A DNA stretch of 63,777 nt, the filler included, from Rhizaria sp. SCN 62-66 (Eukaryota), in the NCBI GenBank assembly GCA_001724265.1. It is 3 parts of 3 records of this genome, joined end to end, with 100 filler letters (N's around TTAATTAATTAA, not from the genome) between each part and the next. Parts side by side here need not be neighbours in the genome. Positions count along the whole stretch, not along the records: positions 1 to 23,596 come from MEDY01000426.1; positions 23,697 to 47,283 come from MEDY01000427.1; 1 more part is not named here. One strand, given 5' to 3'. The stretch's first letter is position 1. Each line of letters starts with the position of its first letter. The notes beneath the pieces are model-generated. The model did no database searches. It saw only the letters and a program-made list of their open reading frames with translations, and was not told where the DNA came from. This document shows positions 13,300 to 25,320 of this stretch, piece after piece. The position numbers and the translations under genes are program-made.

Positions 13300-14235
13300 C
13301 AAAAGTTAAGCCATGTTGCTTGACCAGAGTGGTGACTGAAGCAAGTGGACTTGATGACTTTGTGGATATGTACGGTAAACCAGAAGCCAGGGCGTTTTAG
13401 TCTGTATTAGGGTATATATCGCATACGTGTGTGTATGACCCCGTAATATTTCCCTGTGGAATTGCGGGTATAACTCATCCGCGCTGGCACCACACCAAGC
13501 ATGACACGCATCGACAACTCGCCGATTCGCAGTTTGCATGGATGGCCCCCAGAAGGCCAAGAATGTGTTTGGTGACATTAACAGCTACGTAATTGGTGTC
13601 TATTGTGTGGGTGCCGCTGCTGCGCGATCATTGGTCTTGATAGAAGACAATGAGGTCGCCCACAGTGATTATCGCCACAAGCGCATCGTTCTCAATCGCG
13701 AGAAAAGGGATATAGAACTGAGACTAGCAGCACTTATAATGCCCATGCGACATGTTCAGGTTCTGCAGCGCGACTGCGGAATCGAATGTAACTGTGGGAA
13801 GCGATGAATTTTGCATTAGATCATGTTTCGTGTCTGACTCGCGAGCAGATTCGCAAGTGTGATCTTCAAGTTACGCATCACAGCGCGAACGATGAAAAAG
13901 CAAGTCCACCCCGGACTAACGTCATGTTTAAGTCCAGAGAACCGTGTATCTTAGTTTATTACTACATCACGAGCAAGATTAAAAACCCTTTTAGTCTCAG
14001 ACTGTGGGTTCCCCGTGCGTTCTTCCTAGACCACCAGCATGATCGTTATGTGCAGCTTGTAAAATGCTTATCAGTCACGTCAGGTTCATCTGAATTTCTT
14101 ATTTTTGCTGTTAACAAAGATACCGGTCTTTATTACAAAGCTATAGCTTTGACCTCACCATCTCAAATCTGTTCTCACATTTTCGACACATGTGAAGCGT
14201 GTAAAAGCCACATAGCCCTAAGCCTGCTCACTTGA
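13300..14235 (+). pseudogene. Decayed, frameshifted relative of the ARM-like gene at 60638-63238
   Basis: Collinear short matches by eye: SGLDDFV~SGLADFV; F*SVLGYI~FARILNYI; GDINSYVI~NPFVAEFI; VLQRDCG~VLQRSVSG; FALDHVSCLTREQ~YARNKASLTAEH; AVNKDTGLYYKA~AIDTDATAGVVYPA. Spread over three frames with stops. Confidence 0.45.
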
Positions 14236-14532
14236 AGTCGTATTTTAAGATTGAAATTGTTAGTCTCGTTATTGTTTAGGCTCAACTCGAAACAAATCGC
14301 GATCAGGTGTGGAGCCGCCGTTAAGGCTTACGGGTAAGCTAGACTCAGTATATTCTTTATTCAGCAGCAAACCAACTTAGCATGCGTTGGTGTGTGATCA
14401 AATAAATAAACGATGCAAATGAATTATCCTTCAAGACAACAGACCAACCTCAATAAGTATAAAAACTGATGTGTGTGCAGTCAGATGGCAGTCAGATAGG
14501 GGCAAATAGACGGTCGAAGCGTGTGCATCAAG

Positions 14533-15930
14533 TTAGCACACGTCATACCCGGGGCAAATCTCAATGAGATTGCGCACGAAGTCAATCATCGCGCTGCGGA
14601 CAATACGCGCGTCCTCAGGGTCATTATCGCGCGCGACACGCAGCGTGTGCCCACGGTAGCCGCTGTAGTCCTTCACGACGCTGCGCTCGGGCACGGGAGA
14701 GCGCTCCTGCGAGGGCGCAAAGCCAGCGAGGTAGTCCTTGATCGCGCGCACGAAAAACACGTTTGTGCCACGGAAGTCCTGCTTGCCGTGATACTGCTGC
14801 GTGTTGGCCGCGGCGAGCTCAAAGGCGTGCGCGGCGGTGAAGTGGGAGCCGACGTAAAGCTGGCAGGGCGCGTTGAAGTACTCGACGCGCAGTGCGGGGG
14901 ACTTGGGCACGTAGATCGAGTCGTCGCCGGAGGAAGTGCCGAAGCTGGCCGTGTCGACGCAGGCGCGGAGCAGCTCCAGCCGCTCCGTCTTGGCGCCAGC
15001 GTCGGTGCTCCACGCGCCCAGCTTGACGTTGAGACAGCGCGCGGGGTCCTCGCGCAGACGCATGTGGGCCGCCATAAACTCGTCGAGTGCGCTGGCGTCG
15101 GGGGAAAAGGCCGCGCAAAGCGCGGGCTCGCCCGCGAAGGGCTGCAGCTCTGTCGTGCCGGGCGCGGACATGGCGCGGACGTACGGGTGCATGACCGAGT
15201 GCCAGAAGAAGCCCACGGCCTCGGCGCTGGAGACGTCGGGCTCGGCGCACAGGTTCAGCCCCTTGGTCACGCGCGTGATCCCGGCGGCGTCGGCGGAGGA
15301 GAGGATCGTGGCGAGGTGCTTCGACGCCGTGCTGATGCGATCGGCGCAGGCCGGGTGCGCCTCAGGCTCCTCACGGTCGTAGAAGGCGGAGGACTTGACG
15401 CGCTCGAGACGCGGCGTGTCAGCGACGGCGCCGATGACGGCGAAGTGGGAGCGCTGGAACTGCTGGCGGTACAGGGCCGCGATCGTGGCACCGTGGCCGG
15501 AGCCGACGAGGATGATGCGGCGCGTGTCCTTGAGGTAGGCCGAGTAGCTGAGCACGTGGTACAGGTCTGCGATCATGTTCGCCGTTGTGAAGGTCTCGCG
15601 CGCGGGGCCCGCAACGGGGGTAGAAAGAGAGTACATCCGCAGAGGAACCCAGTAGAAGGTAAACTTGTCCGTGTCGGCGCCATAGGTCTTGAAGAGCTCA
15701 GATTGCGACTCGGGTGAGCTGTTGTCCAGAGCGAAGTGCTCGTCGTTGATAAAGACAAAGGCGTAGTCAGTCCTCTTGGCCTGGGATGCAGTAAACGGAA
15801 GCTTGAAAGTGCCGAGCTGTGACGACTTGTTGAAGTGGTCGTAAGGCAAGTCCATCTCGAATTGCACGAGGGCCTGAGTGCACAAAGCGAGAGCGGCCAA
15901 GCCCACCAAGACACAAAGCTTCTGCAGCAT
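14533..15930 (-). CDS. Secreted/lysosomal peptidase family S28 (PRCP/DPP7/TSSP-like) homologue, divergent, with altered nucleophile motif
   Basis: Signal peptide MLQKLCVLVGLAALALCTQA. Motifs PYDHFN...GTF, PLRMYSLSTP (~HRYYGKS), NMIADL (~QALADLA), IILVGSGHGATIAALYRQQF (~GGSYGG.LAAW.R..YP), TNVFFVRAIKD and GHT. Single exon as read; stop TAA. Confidence 0.7.
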   Translation of the reverse strand: MLQKLCVLVGLAALALCTQALVQFEMDLPYDHFNKSSQLGTFKLPFTASQAKRTDYAFVFINDEHFALDNSSPESQSELFKTYGADTDKFTFYWVPLRMYSLSTPVAGPARETFTTANMIADLYHVLSYSAYLKDTRRIILVGSGHGATIAALYRQQFQRSHFAVIGAVADTPRLERVKSSAFYDREEPEAHPACADRISTASKHLATILSSADAAGITRVTKGLNLCAEPDVSSAEAVGFFWHSVMHPYVRAMSAPGTTELQPFAGEPALCAAFSPDASALDEFMAAHMRLREDPARCLNVKLGAWSTDAGAKTERLELLRACVDTASFGTSSGDDSIYVPKSPALRVEYFNAPCQLYVGSHFTAAHAFELAAANTQQYHGKQDFRGTNVFFVRAIKDYLAGFAPSQERSPVPERSVVKDYSGYRGHTLRVARDNDPEDARIVRSAMIDFVRNLIEICPGYDVC

Positions 15931-17261
15931 CGGACTTTGATGTCTAGTACCACACATGGATGTGTAGATGACGTTGATAAGGTGAAGGTGAAGTAAATGA
16001 AATATAGTCCGGATGGACGTCGTGTTAACTTGATGAGACTTGAAGAGGACTGCGCAATTATAAGAGTGTCGAGTGTGCGCCACAGACAGCATTTAAAGGA
16101 CGAGTCTCACACCCGTATTGCCACAGTACATACAAACGTCTCGATGACTATAGCATCAAAGTGGTCTCAAGGCGATTGTGAACTAGTGTGCAAACTTTGT
16201 GAACACGTTTCCGCCTGACAAAAACGTCGAAAAGCCAGGCGTTCGCACAACGTCAACGATGCTGGGACTGAGCGCAACTAACTATCTGTGCCCGAGGACA
16301 AATTGAGAATAATTCCATATAAAATAATTGAATAGATATTAACAACCACAAGGTTGCAATACATAATGTTGCCATATCTTTATATAATTAATTTCCGTGT
16401 AAATATCGAGAATTAGAATCCATCCTTCGATCCCACCAACGCGTCGCTGGAGGACGTCGTTCATACTGGTCGAATAACCATGGTAAGTAAGAAAAACAAG
16501 TAGGTCAGGATACGACATGCGTATAGCATATCCAGAACGGGCGACATGTGCTGCAAATGAGGGACCCACGCAAGTTCGTCGGAGAATCGTTCGAGCACAT
16601 AGCGCTGCTGCATTAATAGCGCTGACAACAACAGCAATGTCAAGAGCACAATTGCACGCTTGCGTTAATACACACGCAATGACGTCAGTTACGACAATGT
16701 GACAAGCCGCAGGGACTGCGCCGGTAGCACAGCAGCACTGATAGAAGCGGTGTTCAACACTATGGTAGCAGTGCGTGGTTCCGAAAGCATGACGCTCAAG
16801 GTTCGCGTATCAAGTCGTGCTGAGCGTAATGATAAAAATTGCCGTCTGTCCGCGAAGCTGACTTGACAAGTCTCTCACATGCGAAATTACCACTCTTGAG
16901 TTCGAGTTCTTCTGTATGAGCACAAAAAACAAAAAAAAAAGCGAACAAACAAACGATTTAAATAATAAAATAATACTCGTGTTTACCGGATAAAAAAATA
17001 AAAGGAGAGCTTGAAAGCAGAACATTTCAAGATATAGAGAGAATCTATGTTGAAGATCGCATTTGACTGTTCTGACCTTCGGGCACCGTTTAGGATATAC
17101 GCAGCCACTCATTGTTCTACTCTACGATTGCCGTAAGTCACATTATGTATTTCCACCATCGATGCAGTTCTGATGGCCACCATTACCCAGTTCACGGGTG
17201 CCAATTTACCTCAACCCAAAATGAAGCTTATGATTCTGTACCATTGCTGTGCCGAGTCGAG

Positions 17262-20116
17262 TCACTTGACTGCCCGCCACACGGCTCTGGCGACGGCAAC
17301 GGCGCAGAGCAGCGGCAGCGCCTGCTGCACAGTGACGCCCGCGGTCAGCGCCGCCGCGCCGGGCACTCGGTCCCACAGCAGGTTGAACGGGATCGGCGAG
17401 CAGCAGAGGCTGAACCACAGCAGCGCGCCGCCCCACCGCATCAGCCTGGCCAGCACAGCGCGCACCGAGCGGGCCGCGCGCGCAAGCGACGGCTGGGACT
17501 GCGGGCGGGGCGACTGGGAGTCGGCGTGCTGTTGGGCCTGCTGTGCGTGCCCCTGCCGCCGCGGGCGCTGCTGCATGTCCACGTGCCCGCGGTGCGGCGA
17601 CTGACCCCGTGACTGCGGTGAAGAGCGAGTCCGTGACGGCAGTTGTGGGCCTCGACCCAGAGATGACGACGAGCTATTCGTCAGCGACTCCGGGATTACA
17701 TACACAGAGTGAGATCCAACGTCACCGCGTGAACGTGCGTTTGAAGACTGGTTTAACGACGAACCCTTTGCTTTCTTCGGAGGCTTGTTGTTGTTGCGGT
17801 CATTATACTCAAAGTCGCAGTCATCGCAACCGGGACCGCCACAAGTCGCACAGCTGGCGTGATCAAGATCGCTTGCCTGCTCACAGTCGCTCGCTCTGTC
17901 ATTCAGATCAAGCGCGTGGCCAGCGCCGCCCTCTTGTTTGTGGTGGGACCTTTTGATGTAGCGCTCATCATGGCTTGCACTGTCATGCTCGTCACCAGGA
18001 TCATCGTCAGAGTCGGAGAAGTCTTCCTCGTCGCAGTCCTTATCGTTCATGTCGCCGTGAGCAGACGCGCTGCCAATGTCACACCCGTGAGATGCGTCTA
18101 TTGGAGAGACTACAGGCACAGGCGCGTCACGAGTATTTCCGCCAAGAATAGCAGCTAGAGAGCAATGGCATTAAAACGCAATGTAAAAAAAGGACATGAC
18201 GTGAGTTTTGCAATGTGGGTATACAGGAAATACGACAAATCACAATGCAGCTCTGGAAAGTAGCAGACTTGACGTACTGACAATTGCTGCAGTCGCTGCA
18301 GCGCCGACCAGTGCGACTTGGCTTTGGTTCACAACCATGAGCGCCTCAAGCCCGTACAGCACAAGCCACACCGCAGGCACAGCCACTGCAATCGTGAGCG
18401 GCGCGGATTGCTTCGCCGTTTGTGCACCCACCAGTGACTGAGGGCCGCTTTGTTGCAACCGCGCCTGCGTCTGCGCCTGCATCTGCGCACGTTGCGACTG
18501 GTTCGTTGTGCTCGCCTTACCGCCACCGTAGCTCGCGTTCGCATCGCTATGCGCGCCGCGCCCACTACCGCTGCTGCGCCCACTACCGCTGCCGTTGCCG
18601 CTGCCGATGCCGCTGCCGCTGCCGCTGCCGCTGCCGCTGCTGACCGCCGCTGCTACCGCTGGCGGCAGCAGCGGCGCGGCACCGCGCAGCCCCTGCTTAA
18701 GCCCCAGCACCAGCGCCGCGAGCGTGAACGCGGTGTGCGTGGCCGCGGAGACGGATGAGAGGCCGGCGAGGAACGACGGCAACAGCGCCGGCGGCAGCGG
18801 CAGGCGCGGCAGCAGGGCGAGCAACAGCACCAGCGGCAGCCTATAAGTGCAAAAGCAAGATCACAAACATAAAACAAACGTAATATGATTAGCGAAAGCG
18901 AGTGAAACATTAACGGACACTAAATAAACTTAATCATCGTGTTTGTTCGCGTTTTTAAAGCGTATTAAAAGAGATGCAAGATTCGAGATGACATTGCTGT
19001 TCCGTGTCAAAGTACCGCAGGAAAAGCCACCGATCAGCCCGTCGCGTGTCGTGTGCGTACGCGACGCCGCCCACCGCGCCCAGCTCCAGCTCCAGCTCTT
19101 CCGCCTCTAGCCCTGCCTCTGGATCGTAGCCAGCGTCGCAGTGGCGCCGCATGTCACTGCGGTCCCAGTCCTTCTCGTGCTCACAGTCATACGTGGCGGC
19201 GGCAGTGTAGGCGCGCGCCGCCTCGGCGGTCGCGGTGACCACGGTCATCGCGGCGGAAGTCAGGCCGCCGCAGCCGAGCGCGCGCGTGACCGTGAGCGCC
19301 GCGATCGGGGTGGCGAACGCGCGCACGGCGCTGGCGCGGAGCAACGCGCGGCGCAAGCGGGTAACAGTAACTGTAAGCGCAGCCATCGCCGCGCTCGCTG
19401 CGTCAACGCTCGCAGCCGCATTGCTCTTGTTGCTTTTCTTCGAGTACGTGTCGTCGCCACGCACGTTTTTGTTGTCGTCAAATGTGGCGCGCTTTGTTGG
19501 TGTTTGAGGATGCACGTTGTCTGCGCTCTTGTTTTGAGATTTCTTCGTATAAAGGAATCCGCTCTTGCTAATGCCAGCAACGTCAGCTGTGGCTGCGTGC
19601 ACTCGCTGCTGCTGCGCGGAGTACTTGGACAAATCTGCCGGGGCACTTACATTCTCGCAAGACATACTCACATTCGCGATGCCGGGGAGCCGCGCGAGGG
19701 CGCGCGCAACTGCGAGAGACAGCGAGGCGCGGATAAAGAGCAGCGACGCGGTGACGAGCGCGAGCGAGAGGACGCATAGGCAGCACTGCGTCCAGAGCGG
19801 CGCCGACTGCGAACAAATGTTGCACAGAGCAAATCACAAAAAAACACACGATTAGGTGGACCTTTCAAACAAAAATAGAGGGTATTGAGCATTATATCTC
19901 AAAATTGCGTACGTTGATGTCGTTAATAAAGTAGAACGCGGCGATATTGGCGACGACCGACGCGAGTGCGAGTGAAGCTGGCGCGGGGCTCAGTCGCGAC
20001 AGCAAGCGGGGACACGCCAGCTGCCAGCGGCCCCAGCGGTCGGCGCCGCGCTCCGCTTCGTAAAGCAGCCGCACAGCGACGCTCAGGGGCGCGCGTGCGG
20101 CCGGAATAGAGGCCAT
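17262..20116 (-). CDS. Hypothetical multi-pass membrane protein (~816 aa)
   Basis: Exons 20116-19913, 19806-19016, 18840-18278, 18154-17262 splice in frame with GTAC donors and YAG acceptors. Many hydrophobic Leu/Ala/Val segments are separated by low-complexity loops. Stop TGA. No family recognised. Confidence 0.7.
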
Positions 20117-20536
20117 GACCGAGTGCAGGGGTCGGACGGAGGGCGGAGGGGGATGATGGGGGTCTGTGTTCACGCCTGGGAAAAAAAAGTGAAGATATAC
20201 AAATAATAACAAGTTAAAGTCAGGGTTTAACAAATGATCATGTCACCTCTAAGTCATTTATACTCGAATTCATGATGAATTTCACACTGGCATTTAATTC
20301 ATTGTGATAATACTCCATTTGGCAAAGCGGAACGTCGTGCGATGGGGCGCGAAGAGTCGACCGATAGCTTGACTCAAAATAGTATGAACAAGTGTAGCCA
20401 GCCTTGGACGACATTTGGAGGGTTTTAATTAAAGAGAAATTGAGATATCATAACAAAGTATTCGTGCATAATATCGAATCTTTCTCTGACGGTCTCCACA
20501 CATTTGTTTTCTTTGTCCCATTTTCGGTCCACACAG

Positions 20537-23106
20537 ATGCAGGCAGCCCGCCTCGCTTGGCGAACCGCGGCTACCTTGGCGGCCCAGCTGCGGTCCCCCC
20601 TCCTCTCCGCCGCGACCGCCGCCGGACCACGTCTAGTCACTTACCGCGTCTTTGCGCCCCTGTCCACGGCGGCCACGCCCGCGCGCGTTGTGCTCTCCGT
20701 GTCTGCCGTCGCAACCTCCGCCGCCGCCGCCGCGCTGGCGGCCCCGCTGCCCACCGCGCACACCATCGCGGCGCTGCCCGACGCTTCAATCGCCTCCCAG
20801 CACGCCGCGCGCGTGCGAAACCCGGCCCTGTCGACCTCAGACGCGCAGACGACCGTGTCCGGGTGGGTGCGCACGTGCCGCGGGCAGAAGAACGACGTGT
20901 TCGTAAATGTCAACGACGGCACTAACGTCGCGGGCATGCAGCTCCTCATCTCTGAGGCGCTTGCGCCCGCCGACACGGTCGCCGCGGCGCGCGCGCTGAC
21001 GGCTGGCGCCGCAGTTACGGCCTCGGGTGCGCTGGTGCGGAACCCGCGCCAGACAGACGAGGCGGCGGCCGACGCGTTCGAGCTCCATGTTAGCACGTTG
21101 ACAGTGTGGGGCAAGTGCCCCGCAGACGCCGCCGCGGCCGCCGCGCAGGTCGGCGTTCCCGTCGAGGCTGTTTCCAGCATTGCCAGCGACGCCGCCGACG
21201 CTGCCGCGGCCGCTAGCAACAAGAGCAACAAGAAAAGTAAGAGCAAGAGCAAGCAGGCTGACGCTGAGGCCGACGCCGCTGCTGCTGCTGCCGCGCTTGC
21301 GGTGCCCGCTGTGACGGTGTGCGAGGTACCCATTACGCCGTACCCGCTGCAGAAGAAGGTACAGACGCTGCCTTTTCTGCGCAGTTATCCGCACTTGCGC
21401 CTGCGGACGAACACTTACGGCGCGGTCTTCCGCATCCGCTCAGAGGTACGGCGCGACTTTCGCAGGATATATCGACAATGATGATCATGCGCAAAATAAT
21501 TATGGTATGATTTGTCATGAGTATATCGTGTAATGTTTAATCTATTGCTTACGCTTTCTTTGTCTTCTATTAATGTCGCCATATTAACTGTTGTTGTGTT
21601 TTGTGCATTAATTTCCTACTCTTTGTTATCGGTTGCAGGCGTCGTATTTCCTGCACGAGCACTTCCGCAGCGCTGGATTTAGCCAGGTCCATGCGCCCAC
21701 GATTACCCCGCTGGACTGCGAGGGCGCCGGTGAGCTTTTCTCCCTCGTCACGCCCTCCGCTCACGCGAGCAACTCCACGGCCACGACTGTTACTGAGGCT
21801 TCCTGTGCGTCGTTTGTGCCGTCGTCGAATGCTCGGCTTACGGTCACTGCCGAGGACGACGTGTCAGCTCTTGCTGTGACTACCTCTGCTGCCGCTCCTG
21901 TGTCGCAGACAGAGTTTTTCGGAACCAACGCGTACATGTCCGTTTCGGGCCAGCTCTACGGCGAGATTGCCGCGAGCGCTGTCAAGAAAGTCTTCTCCTT
22001 CGGCCCCACATACCGTGCAGAGGTACGTACTTCCTATTTCCTCTTACTATATTGATCAATATCACTTAAATAAGCTGGTAACTTGATGGAACTCATTGCG
22101 CGTTTCGAGAACAACAGCTCATTTCACATCATCACGTTACCTGCTCGTTTGCTGGTGACGTACAGCCCTCTTTGACATCGCGCCACCTGGCCGAGTTCTG
22201 GATGCTGGAGCCCGAAGTTGCTTTTGCGGACCTCGCAGCCGCATGCACCATGTGCGAGGCCTCGATCCAGAGTGTAATCCGCGCGTTGTTGCACACGTGC
22301 GCCGACGAGCTCGCGTTCCAGGAGGCGCGCCACCGCCCGGGGCTCGTCGCGCAGCTCCAGGCCGTGGTCGACACGGCCTTCGCGCGGGTGACGTACACGG
22401 AGGCCGTCGAGATCCTCACGCAGGCGCAAAAGGACGGCAAGGTACGATCTTTTTACTCTATTTACACTGGAAGTTATGATGTCACATTCAAGTTTGATCA
22501 CTTTTGCGTGATGCCTTTATTTCACACACACAACAAATGTATGATTTCCGTTGTTTTGGTTGTCTCGCGCAACAGGAAACGTTCTCTTTCCCTGTGGCGT
22601 GGGGCCTGTCTCTGCAGGCCGAGCATGAGCGCTACCTCGCCGAGGCCCACTTCCGCGCACCGGTCTTCGTCACCAACTACCCCGCGGCGCTCAAGCCCTT
22701 CTACATGCGTGTCGACGACGCACCCGCGCAGCCCTCCGCCAGCGTTGTCGTCGCTCCCAACGACGCCGAGGGCAAGTCGCCCTCTGCCGCAGACTCGACC
22801 GCCGCCGCCAGTGCGAGGACGGACTTCCGCACAGTCGCCTGTTTCGACCTCCTGGTGCCGGGCATGGGCGAACTCTGCGGCGGTTCCCAACGCGAGGAGC
22901 GCTACAGTATGTTGCTCTCGCGCATGGCCGAGAGCGGGATGAAGACGCGCGACTACGCGTGGTACGCAGACCTGCGCCGCTTCGGTACCGTCCCTCACGC
23001 CGGCTGGGGCATGGGGTTCGAGCGCTTCGTGGCATTCGTAGCCGGCATGGAGAGCGTGAGGGACACCACGCTTGTGCCGCGCGCCGCGGGACTCATGCAG
23101 ATGTGA
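20537..23106 (+). CDS. NARS2: Asparagine--tRNA ligase, probably mitochondrial (bacterial-type AsnRS)
   Basis: Exons 20537-21445, 21639-22022, 22166-22441, 22576-23106 (699 aa). Motifs [97 protein letters not shown]. The Arg/Ala/Leu-rich N-terminus resembles a mitochondrial presequence. Stop TGA. Confidence 0.95.
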
Positions 23107-23596
23107 GTGCGCTGCTACGCGTCGGTCAGAAGGTGAGAGTAACGGATCGAAAGTCAAGTTGCCTTGGTTTGTCGTGCGGCTGAGGTCGATAGATAGCGGT
23201 ATGGATGTGGACAGGAGACGATAATAATTGTGGATATTTATTTAAGCTTTCAATAAAATGTTAAAAACGTTGAAGTGATCATCTGCTGCATCGATATAAG
23301 TGAGATATTCACTTTCCAAGGTTTCACAAAATGCGCTTGTGGTGGCTCGTTCAAATGCATTCTGTCGGCGTGCTTGTAGCTGCCAATAAATCGTGTCAGC
23401 TTAGGACAATTGAATATGACTTAAACTTGCGTAAGATCCCCCGTAAGAGCCACTGCTGTTCAATGCTATATTTACAAACGGCATTGTATCACACTATTTA
23501 GTCAGTAATATAATTCCCGGGTTCTAAGACACTTTTTTACAACTCAAAAAACCCCTCATCAACCCATCGATTTCGATAGCCTCAACCACCTTTTCC

Positions 23597-23696
23597 NNNN
23601 NNNNNNNNNNNNNNNNNNNNNNNNNNNNNNNNNNNNNNNNTTAATTAATTAANNNNNNNNNNNNNNNNNNNNNNNNNNNNNNNNNNNNNNNNNNNN
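23597..23696. other. Artificial contig spacer (N44-TTAATTAATTAA-N44)
   Basis: Exactly 100 nt, with a central palindromic six-frame stop linker. Identical to the spacer at 47284-47383. Confidence 0.97.
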
Positions 23697-23737
23697 TTTA
23701 TTTTTCTTTGTATTTATTCATTTGGTTTTCAGCTAAA

Positions 23738-23962
23738 ATGAGCCACAACAACAACGCCCATGTGCAATCTGCCTTGATCCGTGACGAGTGTGCCTACTAC
23801 CGTGAGCACGATAACACTCGCTCAGCTGACAGGGAGGTTTGCAATAGTGTCGTTCAACAGAACACCTATGCTCGCGACAGCGAGAGCATGGTGCAGAAGG
23901 GTCGCGACCAGTACCCCAACGCGTACGACCAGCACCGCGCTGATCAGTACGGCCGCAAGTAA
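23738..23962 (+). CDS. Small hydrophilic hypothetical protein (74 aa)
   Basis: ATG just after an acceptor-like T-rich TTTTCAG. Strong C/G-ending codon bias compared with the flanks (MSHNNNAHVQSALIRDECAYYREHD...DQYGRK). Stop TAA. May have upstream exons lost at the contig edge. Confidence 0.55.
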   Translation: MSHNNNAHVQSALIRDECAYYREHDNTRSADREVCNSVVQQNTYARDSESMVQKGRDQYPNAYDQHRADQYGRK

Positions 23963-24886
23963 GAAGCGGCCACTTACTTTACTGACAGTGTTCACTGCCG
24001 CAGACTCACAAGTAAGCAAATCGCACCGTCAGATTTATGCATGGTAGCGCACGTGACAGATGCCCGGTATTATAGGTCTGGCTACGGCAGATTACGTTAT
24101 GATCACACCAATACACTTGTTCCAGTTTAGCTCTAAGGGTATCTTTATTAGGTCGCCACGCTCGCACCGAACACCTTCCGCGAGTGACAAGCAATCTACG
24201 TTATCAAGGCCTGGCGTCACAAACTAAATAGTGGTGCAGTATGTACTACAGTATATACTAAGGGAGGCTCATACTAATAGTCCTTATGTGGGCGGGTTTT
24301 ATATATTAATAAGCTTACTAGGATTATATCTTGAAGTTGCCGATTTTCAACATTTATACCCATCATTTTCAGCTCAGTTGCGTTTTTTCGCTCCGGTCCA
24401 TTGTCAATGTTGGTGTCCACCGGGTTACCTTAAAACTTTTCGGGCTTGGTCAAAAACTATAGACATTATGTATCAAGCATGCCCTACCCCCCCGCCACTT
24501 ACAATTGAAGGGTTCCAAAAAAAGGGGTGGGTTGGAAGGCATCTGTTGACAAGCAGGTCAATTGCGAAACTGTTAGTCTCCATGACCGAGAGGCCAGAAT
24601 GACAGACTGCGTGCATTTCGTGCTAGGAGACACCTTTGTGTTAATAAGACGGTGTAGCTATGGCTGCTTTTACTGTATTAGTGATATATTGTTAAAAGAA
24701 AACGGGTTTGTTGTACTTTAGCCGTACTATAGATGAAATGACGTTTCTAGGAGTGTCGTGGCAACTTAAATCAGTGAAGCTAAGCTATCGATCACACGAT
24801 CCACACAATGATGGCCGTGCTCTCGTTCTGAGGTACTTAGATAACGCACGGATACTTAGACTGTCTAAGCGATCGCACTCGCGCAG

Positions 24887-25287
24887 TTACCACGCTTGCT
24901 TGCGTCCCCCCCTGGCACTCTGTGCATTGCCATTCGTGTTCGCAATATTAGCGTTGTTGATGTTGTTGTTGTTGTTCGTGGTGGCCTTGCTAGCAGCAAT
25001 GACAGCCGGTAGGAACGTCGCATCAACGTCAAAATCGACGCCTAAATCAGAACCTGCATTAACAGCAACATTAGCAGCGTCAGCATTAGCGTTAACAGCT
25101 GTTGAAGTGTTAGAGCCGCGTTCAACGATGTCAACGCTGCCGCTGCTGACGCCGCCACTGGCGCTTGCACTGGGACTGATGCTCGGTGTCGTAGCAATGC
25201 TCACCGCAGCACCCGCACTGCTATTGTTGTGCGCACTGCTCTAGTTGTTGTTGTTGTTGTTGTTGCTGTTGTTATTGTTGCTGTTGC

Positions 25288-25320
<33 letters not shown>

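Noticed and set aside
13398-13400. TAG within the decayed ARM-like relic
   Set aside because: The locus is frameshifted, so the codon says nothing reliable about the genetic code.
23641-23652. TTAATTAATTAA palindrome as a biological element
   Set aside because: Flanked by exactly 44 Ns on each side and repeated; a synthetic linker.
24200-24720. Possible transposon remnant in AT-rich region
   Set aside because: No terminal inverted repeats, target-site duplication or transposase motifs identified.
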